In this document: piece after piece, positions 27,564 through 36,860 of the stretch | Layout: every line of letters starts with the position of its first letter | How positions within the stretch are numbered: the first letter of the stretch is position 1 | NCBI GenBank assembly: GCA_002238825.1 | Contig: MPNC01000013.1 | Coordinates: 6,006-70,005, forward strand | DNA length: 64,000 nucleotides | Direction of reading: 5' to 3' | DNA from: SAR202 cluster bacterium bin87 | GTDB lineage: Bacteria > Chloroflexota > Dehalococcoidia > Lucifugimonadales > UBA3495 | Program-made: the position numbers and the translations under genes | The notes under the pieces: model-generated | Seen by the model: only the letters and a program-made list of their open reading frames with translations | Told to the model about the DNA's origin: nothing | Databases searched by the model: none

Positions 27564-28229
27564 ATGGAACTCCCCGTATTGAACACCAGCGGCAACGCCG
27601 TGGACACCATCGAGGTGGACGAGGCCGTATTTGACGTGCCGATGAACCAGACCCTGGTTCACCAGGCGATGGTCATCTACCAGCTGAACCAGCGACAGGG
27701 CACTCATTCCACACGCACCCGCGCCGAAGTGTCGGGCGGCGGCCGGAAGCCCTGGATACAGAAGCACACGGGCCGGGCCCGTCAGGGCAGCATCCGCTCC
27801 CCACAGTGGCGACATGGCGGAATCGCCTTCGGCCCGAAGCCCCGAGACTACCGTAAAGCCTTGCCACGCGCGATGCGTCGCAAGGCTTTGCAGTGTGTGC
27901 TCTCCGAGAAAATTCGGGGCGACCGCCTGATCTGCGTCGACTCTCTGGACAGCCTGGACGGGAAGACCAAGTCCATGAAGCAGGTCCTGGAGAACTTGAA
28001 CATCTCAGGGTCGGTGCTGGTGGTCACGGAAGAAGCCCAGCAGGGCGTGGCGAGGGCCGGCGGCAACCTCAAGCAGGTGTGGACGCTTCCCTCAGACCTG
28101 GTGAACGCCAACGACGTACTCAAGCGCCAGACCATCCTGATCACCGTCGGCGCCATTCGCCGGATCGCGGAATTGTGCCAGGCGCCCCGGTACCGGGCCC
28201 GTCGGGCAGCAAGCGAGGTGGCGGAATAA
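27564..28229 (+). CDS. rplD: 50S ribosomal protein L4
   Basis: 221 aa with the SGGGRKPW.QKHTGRARQGS block. Confidence 0.95.
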   Translation: MELPVLNTSGNAVDTIEVDEAVFDVPMNQTLVHQAMVIYQLNQRQGTHSTRTRAEVSGGGRKPWIQKHTGRARQGSIRSPQWRHGGIAFGPKPRDYRKALPRAMRRKALQCVLSEKIRGDRLICVDSLDSLDGKTKSMKQVLENLNISGSVLVVTEEAQQGVARAGGNLKQVWTLPSDLVNANDVLKRQTILITVGAIRRIAELCQAPRYRARRAASEVAE

Positions 28230-28513
28230 TGCATATCAGCGAAGTCCTCCTGCGCCCCACCATCACCGAAAAGAGCACCCTGCTGCAGGAAGAAGGGCAG
28301 TACACCTTCGCCATCGCTCCCAAGGCCAACAAGACGCTGGTCAAGCAGGCAGTGGAAGAAAACTTCAACGTTACGGTCATCAGCGTCAACATCACGCGCA
28401 ATCACGGCAAGCGCAAGCGGTACGGCCCCCGTTACAAGAAACAGCCCGACGTGAAAAAGGCAGTGGTCACGCTGCAGGCCGGCGACCGCATCGAACTCAT
28501 TGAGGGCCTGTAG
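28229..28513 (+). CDS. rplW: 50S ribosomal protein L23
   Basis: 94 aa. The ATG overlaps the rplD stop (TAATG). It has LLRPTITEKS. Confidence 0.9.
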   Translation: MHISEVLLRPTITEKSTLLQEEGQYTFAIAPKANKTLVKQAVEENFNVTVISVNITRNHGKRKRYGPRYKKQPDVKKAVVTLQAGDRIELIEGL

Positions 28514-28603
28514 CCAATCGAGGATCTCTTGCCAATCGACGGCCGCCTGCCATTCGATGGCCTGTAGCCAACCCGCCGAGCGTCGGCATCGTGAGCTGAA
28601 ACC

Positions 28604-29440
28604 ATGCCTCTGAAAAACCTTCGACCCATAACCCCCGGCACGCGGAACGCGGTGCGTCCCTCTTTCGAGGAGATCACCACCAAGAAGCCGGAGAAGTCCC
28701 TGCTGGAACCGCTGCAGAAGCGCGGCGGCCGGAACAACAAGGGCCGCATCACCGCATATCACCGAGGCGGCGGCTCCCGGCGCATGTACCGGCGCGTCGA
28801 CTTCAAGCGACGCAAGGACGGCGTGCCGGCAACCGTCAAGACCATCGAGTACGATCCGAACCGGACGACACGCATCGCCCTCCTCCACTACGCCGACGGC
28901 GAGAAGTCGTACATCCTGGCGCCGGTGAACCTGACCGTAGGTGACAAGGTCCAGTCCGGCCCCGACGCGGAAATCAGCCCCGGCAACACCCTTCCGCTCC
29001 GCAACATCCCCACCGGTACCGTGGTGCACAACCTCGAGTTGACCCCCGGCCGGGGCGGACAGTTGGTGCGGGGCGCCGGTACGGGAGCCCAGGTGCTGTC
29101 CCGAGAGGGCGACTACGTGCTGATCCGCCTCCCGTCGGGCGAGATGCGCCGAATCCTGCTCAATTGCCGGGCCAGCGTGGGACAGCTGTCCAACCCTGAC
29201 CACAAGAACGAAAGCCTGGGCAAGGCCGGCGCCAAGCGCCACCTGGGACGCCGTCCCCACGTGCGCGGCGTCGCCAAGAACCCGGTGGACCACCCCCACG
29301 GCGGCGGCGAAGGCCGATCTCCCATCGGCATGCCCGGCCCCAAGTCTCCCACCGGCAAGCCGACCCTGGGACACAAGACCCGCAACAAGAAGAAGACCTC
29401 CAGCCGCTTCATCGTCCGCGGACGCCGCTGGCGGAGGTAA
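28604..29440 (+). CDS. rplB: 50S ribosomal protein L2
   Basis: 278 aa with [13 protein letters not shown]. Confidence 0.95.
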   Translation: MPLKNLRPITPGTRNAVRPSFEEITTKKPEKSLLEPLQKRGGRNNKGRITAYHRGGGSRRMYRRVDFKRRKDGVPATVKTIEYDPNRTTRIALLHYADGEKSYILAPVNLTVGDKVQSGPDAEISPGNTLPLRNIPTGTVVHNLELTPGRGGQLVRGAGTGAQVLSREGDYVLIRLPSGEMRRILLNCRASVGQLSNPDHKNESLGKAGAKRHLGRRPHVRGVAKNPVDHPHGGGEGRSPIGMPGPKSPTGKPTLGHKTRNKKKTSSRFIVRGRRWRR

Positions 29441-29490
29441 GAACCCAACCCTCGTGCCGCCCAGCGGCCCGACAGGCAGCGTTTGTCATC

Positions 29491-29775
29491 ATGTCAAGGT
29501 CAATAAAAAAGGGACCGTACGTCCACCCCAAACTCCTCAAGAAGGTCAACCGGGTTCGCGAATCCGGCGAGGCCACCGTCATCCGCACCTGGTCGCGGGA
29601 TTCGATGATCATGCCCGAAATGGTCGGGCTGAACTTCGGCGTCCACGATGGCCGGCGTCATGTGCCGGTGTTCATCACCGAGAACATGGTGGGCCACCGC
29701 CTGGGCGAGTTCGCGCCTACGCGCACCTATCGCGGCCACATCGCCCGGTCGGAACGCTCCAGCAGGGTGAGGTGA
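29491..29775 (+). CDS. rpsS: 30S ribosomal protein S19
   Basis: 94 aa, starting [11 protein letters not shown]. Confidence 0.95.
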   Translation: MSRSIKKGPYVHPKLLKKVNRVRESGEATVIRTWSRDSMIMPEMVGLNFGVHDGRRHVPVFITENMVGHRLGEFAPTRTYRGHIARSERSSRVR

Positions 29776-29779
29776 AGAC

Positions 29780-30124
29780 ATGCCAGCCGTGCGAGCAATG
29801 GCCAAGCAGGTGGGCGCCTCCCCCAAGCGTCTCAAGCCCATCATGGACGCGGTGCGTGGCATGAGGGTCAACGATGCCCTCGACCACCTGAGCCTGATGA
29901 CGTCGCCATGGGCGAAATCGGTGGCCAAGGTGGTCCAGTCAGCCGCATCCAACGCCGAGAACAACGATTTCATGAACCGCAACGAACTGCGCATCACGCG
30001 CATTTCGGCAGACCAGGCGCGCCCGCTCAAGCGTTTCAGGCCCCGCGCCAGAGGCCGGATTGGACGGGTTACCCGCCGCTCCAGCCACATCATCATCGAA
30101 GTGGACGAGATACAGGAGCGCTAA
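29780..30124 (+). CDS. rplV: 50S ribosomal protein L22
   Basis: 114 aa. Synteny and the SPKRLKPIMDAVRG block support the call. Confidence 0.9.
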   Translation: MPAVRAMAKQVGASPKRLKPIMDAVRGMRVNDALDHLSLMTSPWAKSVAKVVQSAASNAENNDFMNRNELRITRISADQARPLKRFRPRARGRIGRVTRRSSHIIIEVDEIQER

Positions 30125-30127
30125 CTT

Positions 30128-30865
30128 ATGGGACACAAAACCCATCCCTTCGGCTTCCGTCTGGGGATCATCAAGGACTGGCGAACCCACTGGTACGCCA
30201 ACAACGGCGCGCAGTATCGCACCGGCGTCCAGCAGGACCTTACCCTGCGCCGCACGATCCACGATGAATACGCCGCTTTCTCGGACGCCGGCATCGCCAA
30301 GATCGAGATCGACCGCACGGCCCAGGAAACCATCGTCAACATCCATTCGGCCCGGCCCGGCATCCTGATCGGTCGCGACGGCGACCGGGTCAAAGGCCTC
30401 CGCGCCCGCCTGGAAGGCATGAACTCCGGGATGCTGCGGCTCAACATCATCGAGATCGAGCAACCGGAAATGGATCCGTTCCTAGTGGGCCGCAACATCG
30501 CTGACCAGTTGAGCCGTCGCGTGGCCTACCGGCGCGCCATGCGCCAGGCCGCCCTGCGCACCATGCAGGCCGGCGCCGAGGGCATCAAGATCATCACCAA
30601 GGGACGCATCTCCGGCGCGGAAATCGCCCGCACCGAGAAACTGATGATGGGCCAGGTGCCGCTGCACACGCTGCGCGCCGACATCGATTACGCCCTGGCC
30701 GAAGCCCATACCGCCATGGGACGCGTGGGGATCAAGGTCTGGATTTACAAGGGCCAGATCATGCCCCCGGCCGCGGAGGAAGACGGCGAACTGGACAGTA
30801 TCGAGTTCCGGGTCACCAGCCAGGACACCGAGGCCGAACTGCAGGCCGCGGAGTTCGAGAACTAG
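30128..30865 (+). CDS. rpsC: 30S ribosomal protein S3
   Basis: 245 aa, starting MGHKTHPFGFRLG. Confidence 0.95.
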   Translation: MGHKTHPFGFRLGIIKDWRTHWYANNGAQYRTGVQQDLTLRRTIHDEYAAFSDAGIAKIEIDRTAQETIVNIHSARPGILIGRDGDRVKGLRARLEGMNSGMLRLNIIEIEQPEMDPFLVGRNIADQLSRRVAYRRAMRQAALRTMQAGAEGIKIITKGRISGAEIARTEKLMMGQVPLHTLRADIDYALAEAHTAMGRVGIKVWIYKGQIMPPAAEEDGELDSIEFRVTSQDTEAELQAAEFEN

Positions 30866-30921
30866 GGTCCGCAACGGATCGCGTCTTTCCTTTGTGACGA
30901 ATAGATTGGGAGTTTGGAACC

Positions 30922-31362
30922 ATGCTGCAGCCTAAGAGGACGAAATACCGCAAGATGGGTCGCGGCAAGCGGCGGGGCATGGCCACCACCGGCAGCACCG
31001 TGGAGTTCGGCGAAATCGGTCTCAAAGCCTTGAGAGCCGAATGGATCACCTCCCGGCAGATCGAGTCGGCCCGTATCGCGATTACCCGTCACCTGCAGCG
31101 CGGCGGACGCACCTATATCCGCATCTTCCCGGACAAGCCGGTCTCCAAGAAGCCGGCTGAAGTCCGCATGGGCGGCGGCAAGGCGGCCAACGATCACTGG
31201 GTCGCCGTGGTCAGGCCGGGCCGCATCATGTTCGAGGTCGGCGGCGTGCCCCTGGACCAGGCCGCGGAAGCCCTGCAGAGGGCTGCGCACAAGCTTCCCA
31301 TTCCCACCAAGGTCGTCTACCGGGACCGCGTGAACACACTGCTGACCAGTTCAGCCAGGTAA
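30922..31362 (+). CDS. rplP: 50S ribosomal protein L16
   Basis: 146 aa, starting [11 protein letters not shown]. Confidence 0.95.
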   Translation: MLQPKRTKYRKMGRGKRRGMATTGSTVEFGEIGLKALRAEWITSRQIESARIAITRHLQRGGRTYIRIFPDKPVSKKPAEVRMGGGKAANDHWVAVVRPGRIMFEVGGVPLDQAAEALQRAAHKLPIPTKVVYRDRVNTLLTSSAR

Positions 31363-31370
31363 TAGCCGCT

Positions 31371-31562
31371 ATGAAGATGTACGAAATTAGGGCGCTGACC
31401 GACCAGCAGATCGAGGAAGAGCTGCAGAAGTCCTATCGGGAACTGATGAACCTCCGCTTCCGGGACGCCGTAAACCAGCTCACCGACACCAACCAGCCCC
31501 GCAAGACCCGCAAGGACATTGCGCGAATGCTCACCTGCTTGAAAGAGCGGCAGCTCCAGTAA
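31371..31562 (+). CDS. rpmC: 50S ribosomal protein L29
   Basis: 63 aa. Synteny and the LMNLRF block support the call. Confidence 0.9.
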   Translation: MKMYEIRALTDQQIEEELQKSYRELMNLRFRDAVNQLTDTNQPRKTRKDIARMLTCLKERQLQ

Positions 31563-31628
31563 AAGTCCCGCGGCCCGTCGTTACCGCGACACTCTCCGGG
31601 CAGTGACAGAACTTTCAGGACTATACGA

Positions 31629-32012
31629 ATGGCCAAAACAATGCGAAAGGTTCGGGTGGGCTCAGTGGTGAGCACCCGGATGGACAAAACCGCCGTGGTG
31701 GAATTGGTGTGGAAGCAGCGCCATCGCGTCTACCGCAAGCAGATGCGTCGGGTTACCCGCTTCTATGTCCATGACCCCGAGGGGCAGTGCCGGATCGGCG
31801 ATACGGTCCGCATCCAGGAAACCCGTCCCATCTCGCGCACCAAGCACTGGCGGCTCCTGGATATCCTGGCCCGGCGGGCGGTGGCCGAGGTTCGCGCCAT
31901 CGACCTCGAAGGCGACGCGGTCATCGAGCCCGCTGCTGCTGACGAGAACGACGACGCGACGCCGGTTGACGACATCGCCGAAACCGATACCGATGACGAC
32001 GAGGATGCGTAA
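31629..32012 (+). CDS. rpsQ: 30S ribosomal protein S17 with ~43-aa acidic C-terminal tail
   Basis: 127 aa. An S17 core (VGSVVSTRMDKTAVV...) is followed by an Asp/Glu-rich tail. The stop abuts the rplN ATG (TAAATG). Confidence 0.9.
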   Translation: MAKTMRKVRVGSVVSTRMDKTAVVELVWKQRHRVYRKQMRRVTRFYVHDPEGQCRIGDTVRIQETRPISRTKHWRLLDILARRAVAEVRAIDLEGDAVIEPAAADENDDATPVDDIAETDTDDDEDA

Positions 32013-32381
32013 ATGATCCAGAGTTACACCAGGCTGCACGTAGCCGACAACAGCGGCGCGCGACGCATCCGGCTCATCAACATCCCCGGCTCCAGCCGGC
32101 GCAAGTACGCCTCGGTGGGCGACATCATCGTCTGCACCGTGCGTGAAGCAATCCCCAACTCCCCGGTGCGGAAGGGCTCAGTGGTGAAGGCCGTCGTCGT
32201 GCGACAGGCCGCCCCGCTGCTCCGTCCCGACGGCACCTACATCAAGTTCGACGACAATGCCGCCGTTCTGATCAACGACAACCAGCTGCCGCGCGGCACC
32301 CGCATCTTCGGCCCCGTCGCCCGCGAACTGCGTGACAAAGGGTTCATGCGGATCGTGTCCCTCGCGCCGGAGGTGGTGTGA
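32013..32381 (+). CDS. rplN: 50S ribosomal protein L14
   Basis: 122 aa, starting [16 protein letters not shown]. Confidence 0.95.
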   Translation: MIQSYTRLHVADNSGARRIRLINIPGSSRRKYASVGDIIVCTVREAIPNSPVRKGSVVKAVVVRQAAPLLRPDGTYIKFDDNAAVLINDNQLPRGTRIFGPVARELRDKGFMRIVSLAPEVV

Positions 32382-32653
32382 TGGCCAGGACCAAAATCCG
32401 GCGTGGCGACGATGTGCTGGTCATTGCCGGCAAGGACAAGGGCAGGACCGGCCGCGTCCTCAACATGGTGCCCGAAAAGAACCGGGTCATCGTCGAAGGC
32501 GTCAACATGGTGACCAAGCACTACAAGCCGCGCCCCGGCATCCGCCAGGGCGGCCGAGTGCAACAGGAAGCCTCGATCCACATCTCCAACATCAAGCTCA
32601 TCCAGAGCAATTACACCGAACCGAGCGCCCAGTTCCGGAACCGGGACGAATAG
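32381..32653 (+). CDS. rplX: 50S ribosomal protein L24
   Basis: 90 aa from ATG 32381, which overlaps the rplN TGA. It has [20 protein letters not shown] 32378 is an alternative start. Confidence 0.9.
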   Translation: MARTKIRRGDDVLVIAGKDKGRTGRVLNMVPEKNRVIVEGVNMVTKHYKPRPGIRQGGRVQQEASIHISNIKLIQSNYTEPSAQFRNRDE

Positions 32654-32673
32654 CTCTCTCGGGAGTGACCCCC

Positions 32674-33321
32674 ATGGCTACTGACCAGCAGGAAAGAACA
32701 GAACAGGGCGGAGGCCGTCGCCAGCGGCGCCAGCAGGAAGAGGCCGAATCCAACGGCGCTGAGCCGATGGAGTTGCCGCCTCCCGCCTTCAAGATCCGCT
32801 TCCGGGATGAGATCGTCCCGGCCATGGTGTCCGAATTCGGATACACCAGCCCCATGCAGGTGCCCCGGGTCACCAAGATCAACCTGAACATCGGCCTCGG
32901 CGAGGCTTTGACCAATGGCCGCGCCATGGAGAGCGCCGTCCGGGACCTGACCACCATCTCGGGTCAGAAGCCGGTCATCACCCGCGCCCGCCGGTCCATC
33001 GCCGGGTTCAAGGTGCGCCAGGGCAACCCCATCGGCACCGCAGTGACCCTGCGTGGTGACCGCATGTACTACTTCCTGGAGCGCCTGATCATCACGGCCC
33101 TTCCGCGTATCCGGGACTTCCGGGGCATCGCGCGCAGCGGTTTCGACGGCCGGGGCAATTTCTCCCTGGGCCTTCGCGAACAGATCGTGTTCCCGGAAAT
33201 CGACTACAACAGCATCGACCGGCTGCGTGGGCTCCAGGTGACCATCACCACCAGCGCGATCAACGACACCGAGGCGGCGCGGCTGCTCGAACACTTCGAA
33301 ATGCCCTTCGTGCGGCAATAG
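32674..33321 (+). CDS. rplE: 50S ribosomal protein L5
   Basis: 215 aa from ATG 32674, with GGGAGTG upstream. The core is [18 protein letters not shown]. Alternative start ATG 32767 would remove a ~31-aa charged N-terminal extension. Confidence 0.9.
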   Translation: MATDQQERTEQGGGRRQRRQQEEAESNGAEPMELPPPAFKIRFRDEIVPAMVSEFGYTSPMQVPRVTKINLNIGLGEALTNGRAMESAVRDLTTISGQKPVITRARRSIAGFKVRQGNPIGTAVTLRGDRMYYFLERLIITALPRIRDFRGIARSGFDGRGNFSLGLREQIVFPEIDYNSIDRLRGLQVTITTSAINDTEAARLLEHFEMPFVRQ

Positions 33322-33385
33322 ACTGTCCGCCCGACCCGTCCTGAAAGCTGAGCAGCCTGAAAGCTGAGCAGCGGGAGAAACAACT

Positions 33386-33691
33386 TTGGCCAAGAAATCT
33401 TCAATCGTCAAGAACGACCGACGCAAGCAAACCGTCGCCAAATACGCGGCGCAACGTGCCGAATTGCTGGCCGAGGCGCGCGACCTGTCCCGTTCCGCCC
33501 GGGAGCGGTTCGAGGCCCGCCAGAAGCTGGCCCTGCTGCCCCATGACGCTAACCCCAACCGCATCCGCAACCGGGATGGCGCCACCGGGCGACCCCGTGC
33601 CTACATTCGCTACTTCGGCCTCTCGCGTATCTCCTTCCGGGAAATGGCGTTGGACGGCCTGCTCCCCGGGGTACGCAAGGCCAGCCTGTAA
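33386..33691 (+). CDS. rpsN: 30S ribosomal protein S14 (long, non-zinc form)
   Basis: 101 aa with a TTG start. It has no CxxC pairs. Confidence 0.9.
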   Translation: MAKKSSIVKNDRRKQTVAKYAAQRAELLAEARDLSRSARERFEARQKLALLPHDANPNRIRNRDGATGRPRAYIRYFGLSRISFREMALDGLLPGVRKASL

Positions 33692-33751
33692 TCGCAGGTT
33701 TACCCTCAGCTGCCCCAGCGAACGAACTGCAAAAGAAGGAGCCACTCCGCG

Positions 33752-34150
33752 ATGCCCATAAACGATCCGGTTGCCGATATGCTGACTCGCATTCGCAACG
33801 CCATCCAGGCCAGGCACCAAACGGTACTGGTGCCCCAGTCCAAGATGAAGGTCGCCATCGCCGACATCCTGAAGAGACAGGGCTACATCCGAGACTGGGA
33901 CCAGGCGCGCAACCAGAAATTCCCCACCATGCGGATCCACCTCACCTACAAGGACGATGACACCAATGCCATTCGCGGCCTGCGCCGGATCAGCAAGCCC
34001 GGATTGCGCGTGCACGTCGGTAGGGGCGAAATCCCACGGGTCTATGGTGGATTGGGCATCGCCATAGTTTCCACCTCCCAGGGGATGATGACCGGATACG
34101 AAGCCTGGCGCAAAGGCATCGGAGGAGAGTTGGTCTGTTATGTCTGGTAA
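33752..34150 (+). CDS. rpsH: 30S ribosomal protein S8
   Basis: 132 aa, starting MPINDPVADMLTRIRNA. Confidence 0.95.
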   Translation: MPINDPVADMLTRIRNAIQARHQTVLVPQSKMKVAIADILKRQGYIRDWDQARNQKFPTMRIHLTYKDDDTNAIRGLRRISKPGLRVHVGRGEIPRVYGGLGIAIVSTSQGMMTGYEAWRKGIGGELVCYVW

Positions 34151-34754
34151 CGAAATTCCCGTCAGCACCGGCGTCGCCGAACGCATTCCCCCCGCCGAGC
34201 GGCCGCTGTCGCGCATCGGACGACAGCCCATACCGCTGCCTCCCGGAGTCCAGGTTGAGGTGCTCTACGGTGGCGTGAAGGTCACCGGCCCACGCGGCGA
34301 AGTGATCCAGAGGTACCATCCTGAAGTCATCGTGAAGGTGGAGGACGGCGCGGTCATCGTCGAAAGGCTGACCGAGCGCAAGTTCCACCACTCGCTCCAC
34401 GGCCTGACCCGGTCCCTGATCACCAACGCAATCGTGGGCGTGACCGAAGGCTACAGCCGGACCCTGGAACTCATGGGCGTGGGATACCGCGTCCAGCAGA
34501 ACGGCGACGGCATCACGCTCAGCGTCGGTTACAGCCACACGGTCGACGTGTTCCCCGAAGAGGGTTTGAACATGGAGGTCGAAGGCAACAACCGGGTGCA
34601 CATCACTGGCGTCGACAAGCAAAAGGTCGGCCAGCTTGCCGCCAAGGTACGCAAGGTCAGGCCGCCGAACCGCTACAAGGAAAAGGGCATCCGGTACCAG
34701 GGCGAGGTTCTTCGCCTCAAGCCCGGCAAGGCCGCAGCGCGCCGCGCCGTATAG
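34140..34754 (+). CDS. rplF: 50S ribosomal protein L6
   Basis: 204 aa. The L6 core starts at SRIGRQPIPLPPGV. The only good start is ATG 34140, which overlaps the rpsH end and gives a ~23-aa N-terminal extension. Confidence 0.9.
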   Translation: MSGNEIPVSTGVAERIPPAERPLSRIGRQPIPLPPGVQVEVLYGGVKVTGPRGEVIQRYHPEVIVKVEDGAVIVERLTERKFHHSLHGLTRSLITNAIVGVTEGYSRTLELMGVGYRVQQNGDGITLSVGYSHTVDVFPEEGLNMEVEGNNRVHITGVDKQKVGQLAAKVRKVRPPNRYKEKGIRYQGEVLRLKPGKAAARRAV

Positions 34755-34872
34755 GCGATCCGGTTTCCCTGTTCCCCGGCCCCGGGTAAATTTGATCTAA
34801 CTTGAAAGACACGGGATTCCCGCTTTGGCGTGAACCCGCGTCCAGGACACAGCAACCGAGAGCAAACTGTAA

Positions 34873-35232
34873 ATGCCACGCGACAAAGACTCCCGAAAAT
34901 TGCGTATCGTCCGGCATCGCCGGGTCCGCAACAAGGTACATGGTACGCCTCAGCGTCCGCGCCTCTGCGTCTTCCGCAGCCTGAAGGGCATCTACGCGCA
35001 GGTGATTGACGACGTGGAAGGCCACACCCTGGCCTACGCGTCCAGCCACGAGGTTGGCGGCGAAGAGGCAACGCCCAAGACGGCGGCATCTGCCGCCGTG
35101 GGCAAGCTGGTCGCCGAGCGCGCCCGGGCAGCCGGCGTGTCCTCCGTGGTGTTCGACCGGGGCGGTTACCAGTTCCACGGCCGGGTCAAGGCCCTGGCCG
35201 ATGCCGCCCGCGAAGGAGGGCTTGTATTCTAA
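34873..35232 (+). CDS. rplR: 50S ribosomal protein L18
   Basis: 119 aa. Synteny and [21 protein letters not shown] support the call. Confidence 0.95.
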   Translation: MPRDKDSRKLRIVRHRRVRNKVHGTPQRPRLCVFRSLKGIYAQVIDDVEGHTLAYASSHEVGGEEATPKTAASAAVGKLVAERARAAGVSSVVFDRGGYQFHGRVKALADAAREGGLVF

Positions 35233-36086
35233 TGGTTTCTCCCGCATCCCGTAGAGGCCCAAGAAGCAACACCGGCGGCAGGGGCGGCGAAGGCGGCCCG
35301 GATCGTCGCGGAGGCCGTGGCGGTCGTGGCCGCGACCGTGACCAGCGACAACGCGACGACGACAGCGGCGGCATGAACGAGCGGGTGGTCCACACCCGTC
35401 GCATCGCCAAGGTGGTCAAGGGCGGTCGCCGTCTCCGGTTCAACGCCCTGGTGGTAGTTGGTGACGGCCAGGGACGCGTGGGCGTCGGCATGGGCAAGGC
35501 GCTGGCCATCCCCGACGCGGTCCGCAAGGGAACCGCCGTAGCCCGGCGCAGCACCATCAACATCCCCATCAAGGGGAGCACCATTCCCCACGAGATTTCC
35601 GTTCGCAAGGGCGCATCCATCGTGATCATCAAGCCGGCTCCCCTGGGAACGGGCATCATCGCGGCGGGAGCCATGCGCGCCATGCTCGAGCTGGGCGGCG
35701 TGCAGGACGTGGTGGGCAAGTCGCTGGGATCGCGCAACCCCATCAACATCGTCCAGGCGACCCTGGAGGCCCTGAGCCTCCTGCGCGACCCGGAGACCGA
35801 GCGCGCCAACCGGCTGGGACTGACCCCGGCGGGCACGAACGGCGCCACCGAAACCGCGCCCGCGGAGGCGCCGGCCTCGCCCGCGCCCGAAGCACCGGCT
35901 CCGGCTGCCGAAGCGCCCGCTGGCGAAGCGGCCCCCGCTGCAACCGCCGAAGCGGCACCGGCAACGGCCGCCGTCGCTGAAGCCGACCCGCCCGCGGAGG
36001 CCCCCGCCGTCGAAGAACCGCCGGCTGCTGAGGAACCTCCCGCAGCCGAGGCTCCTTCCGCTGAATCGGCCGATCCACAGTCCTGA
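35232..36086 (+). CDS. rpsE: 30S ribosomal protein S5 with Arg/Gly-rich N-terminal and ~90-aa Pro/Ala/Glu-rich C-terminal extensions
   Basis: 284 aa. The ATG overlaps the rplR stop (TAATG). The core is [24 protein letters not shown]. There is no in-frame stop until 36084. Confidence 0.9.
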   Translation: MVSPASRRGPRSNTGGRGGEGGPDRRGGRGGRGRDRDQRQRDDDSGGMNERVVHTRRIAKVVKGGRRLRFNALVVVGDGQGRVGVGMGKALAIPDAVRKGTAVARRSTINIPIKGSTIPHEISVRKGASIVIIKPAPLGTGIIAAGAMRAMLELGGVQDVVGKSLGSRNPINIVQATLEALSLLRDPETERANRLGLTPAGTNGATETAPAEAPASPAPEAPAPAAEAPAGEAAPAATAEAAPATAAVAEADPPAEAPAVEEPPAAEEPPAAEAPSAESADPQS

Positions 36087-36139
36087 CCACACAAGTTCTC
36101 CCCGTCGCCCTTTCGCGGCAGACGGCAGGAAATAGACAA

Positions 36140-36322
36140 ATGGCTCAAATCAAAATCACCTGGAAGAAAAGTTGCATCGGGCGTCCGTCCTATCAGGGCC
36201 GGATCGTGCAATCGCTGGGCCTCAAGCGGCTGAACCACTCAGTCGTACATGAAGACAGCCCCACCATTCGGGGCATGGTCAACAAGGTCCAGCACCTGAT
36301 CACCGTCGAGCCGGTCGAATAA
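36140..36322 (+). CDS. rpmD: 50S ribosomal protein L30
   Basis: 60 aa. Synteny and the KITWKKS.IGRP block support the call. Confidence 0.9.
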   Translation: MAQIKITWKKSCIGRPSYQGRIVQSLGLKRLNHSVVHEDSPTIRGMVNKVQHLITVEPVE

Positions 36323-36374
36323 CTGGTCGACCCAAATAGATTACGGCCGGATAGTTTAGGGAGCGATTGCCACC

Positions 36375-36821
36375 ATGATGGAACATGAAATTACGCCGCC
36401 CAGGGGGGCGCGGCGAGCCCGCAAGCGGGTTGGCCGAGGCGATTCCGCCGGCGGCGGCAGCTACGCAGGGCGCGGCATGAAGGGTCAGAAATCCCGCTCC
36501 GGTCCCGGTCTGCGACCCGGTTTTGAAGGCGGCCAGATGCCCTTGATCAAGGGTCTGCCCATGAAGCGCGGGTTCAACAACCGCTACAAGACCTACTACG
36601 CGCTGGTGGACCTGGATACGCTACAGGAACGGTTTGAGGCCAACACCCAGGTCACGCCGGAGTTGCTGCATCAGCTGGGCATCATCCGGCGCACCCAACT
36701 GCCGGTGAAGGTGGTGGGAGATGGAGAACTGCAGCAGCCGCTGACCGTGGCCGCGCACAAGTTCACCGCCTCGGCCCGGGCCAAGATCGAAGCGGCCGGC
36801 GGATCCGTAACCGAGCTCTAG
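36375..36821 (+). CDS. rplO: 50S ribosomal protein L15
   Basis: 148 aa with GRGMKGQKSRSG. Confidence 0.95.
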   Translation: MMEHEITPPRGARRARKRVGRGDSAGGGSYAGRGMKGQKSRSGPGLRPGFEGGQMPLIKGLPMKRGFNNRYKTYYALVDLDTLQERFEANTQVTPELLHQLGIIRRTQLPVKVVGDGELQQPLTVAAHKFTASARAKIEAAGGSVTEL

Positions 36822-36860
36822 CCTCGGGACGCGGTTGGGACGGACGGGGCAGGACGCTCC

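Noticed and set aside
27848-29374. 508-aa minus-strand ORF opposite rplD-rplW-rplB, plus similar antisense ORFs at 35186..36238, 6640..8163, 13716..15026, 15043..16209, 19489..20841, 49882..51201, 51389..52735, 55051..56115, 61695..62807
   Set aside because: All of them overlap confidently identified genes on the other strand and show the Arg/Gly/Ala/His-rich composition typical of non-coding frames in GC-rich DNA.
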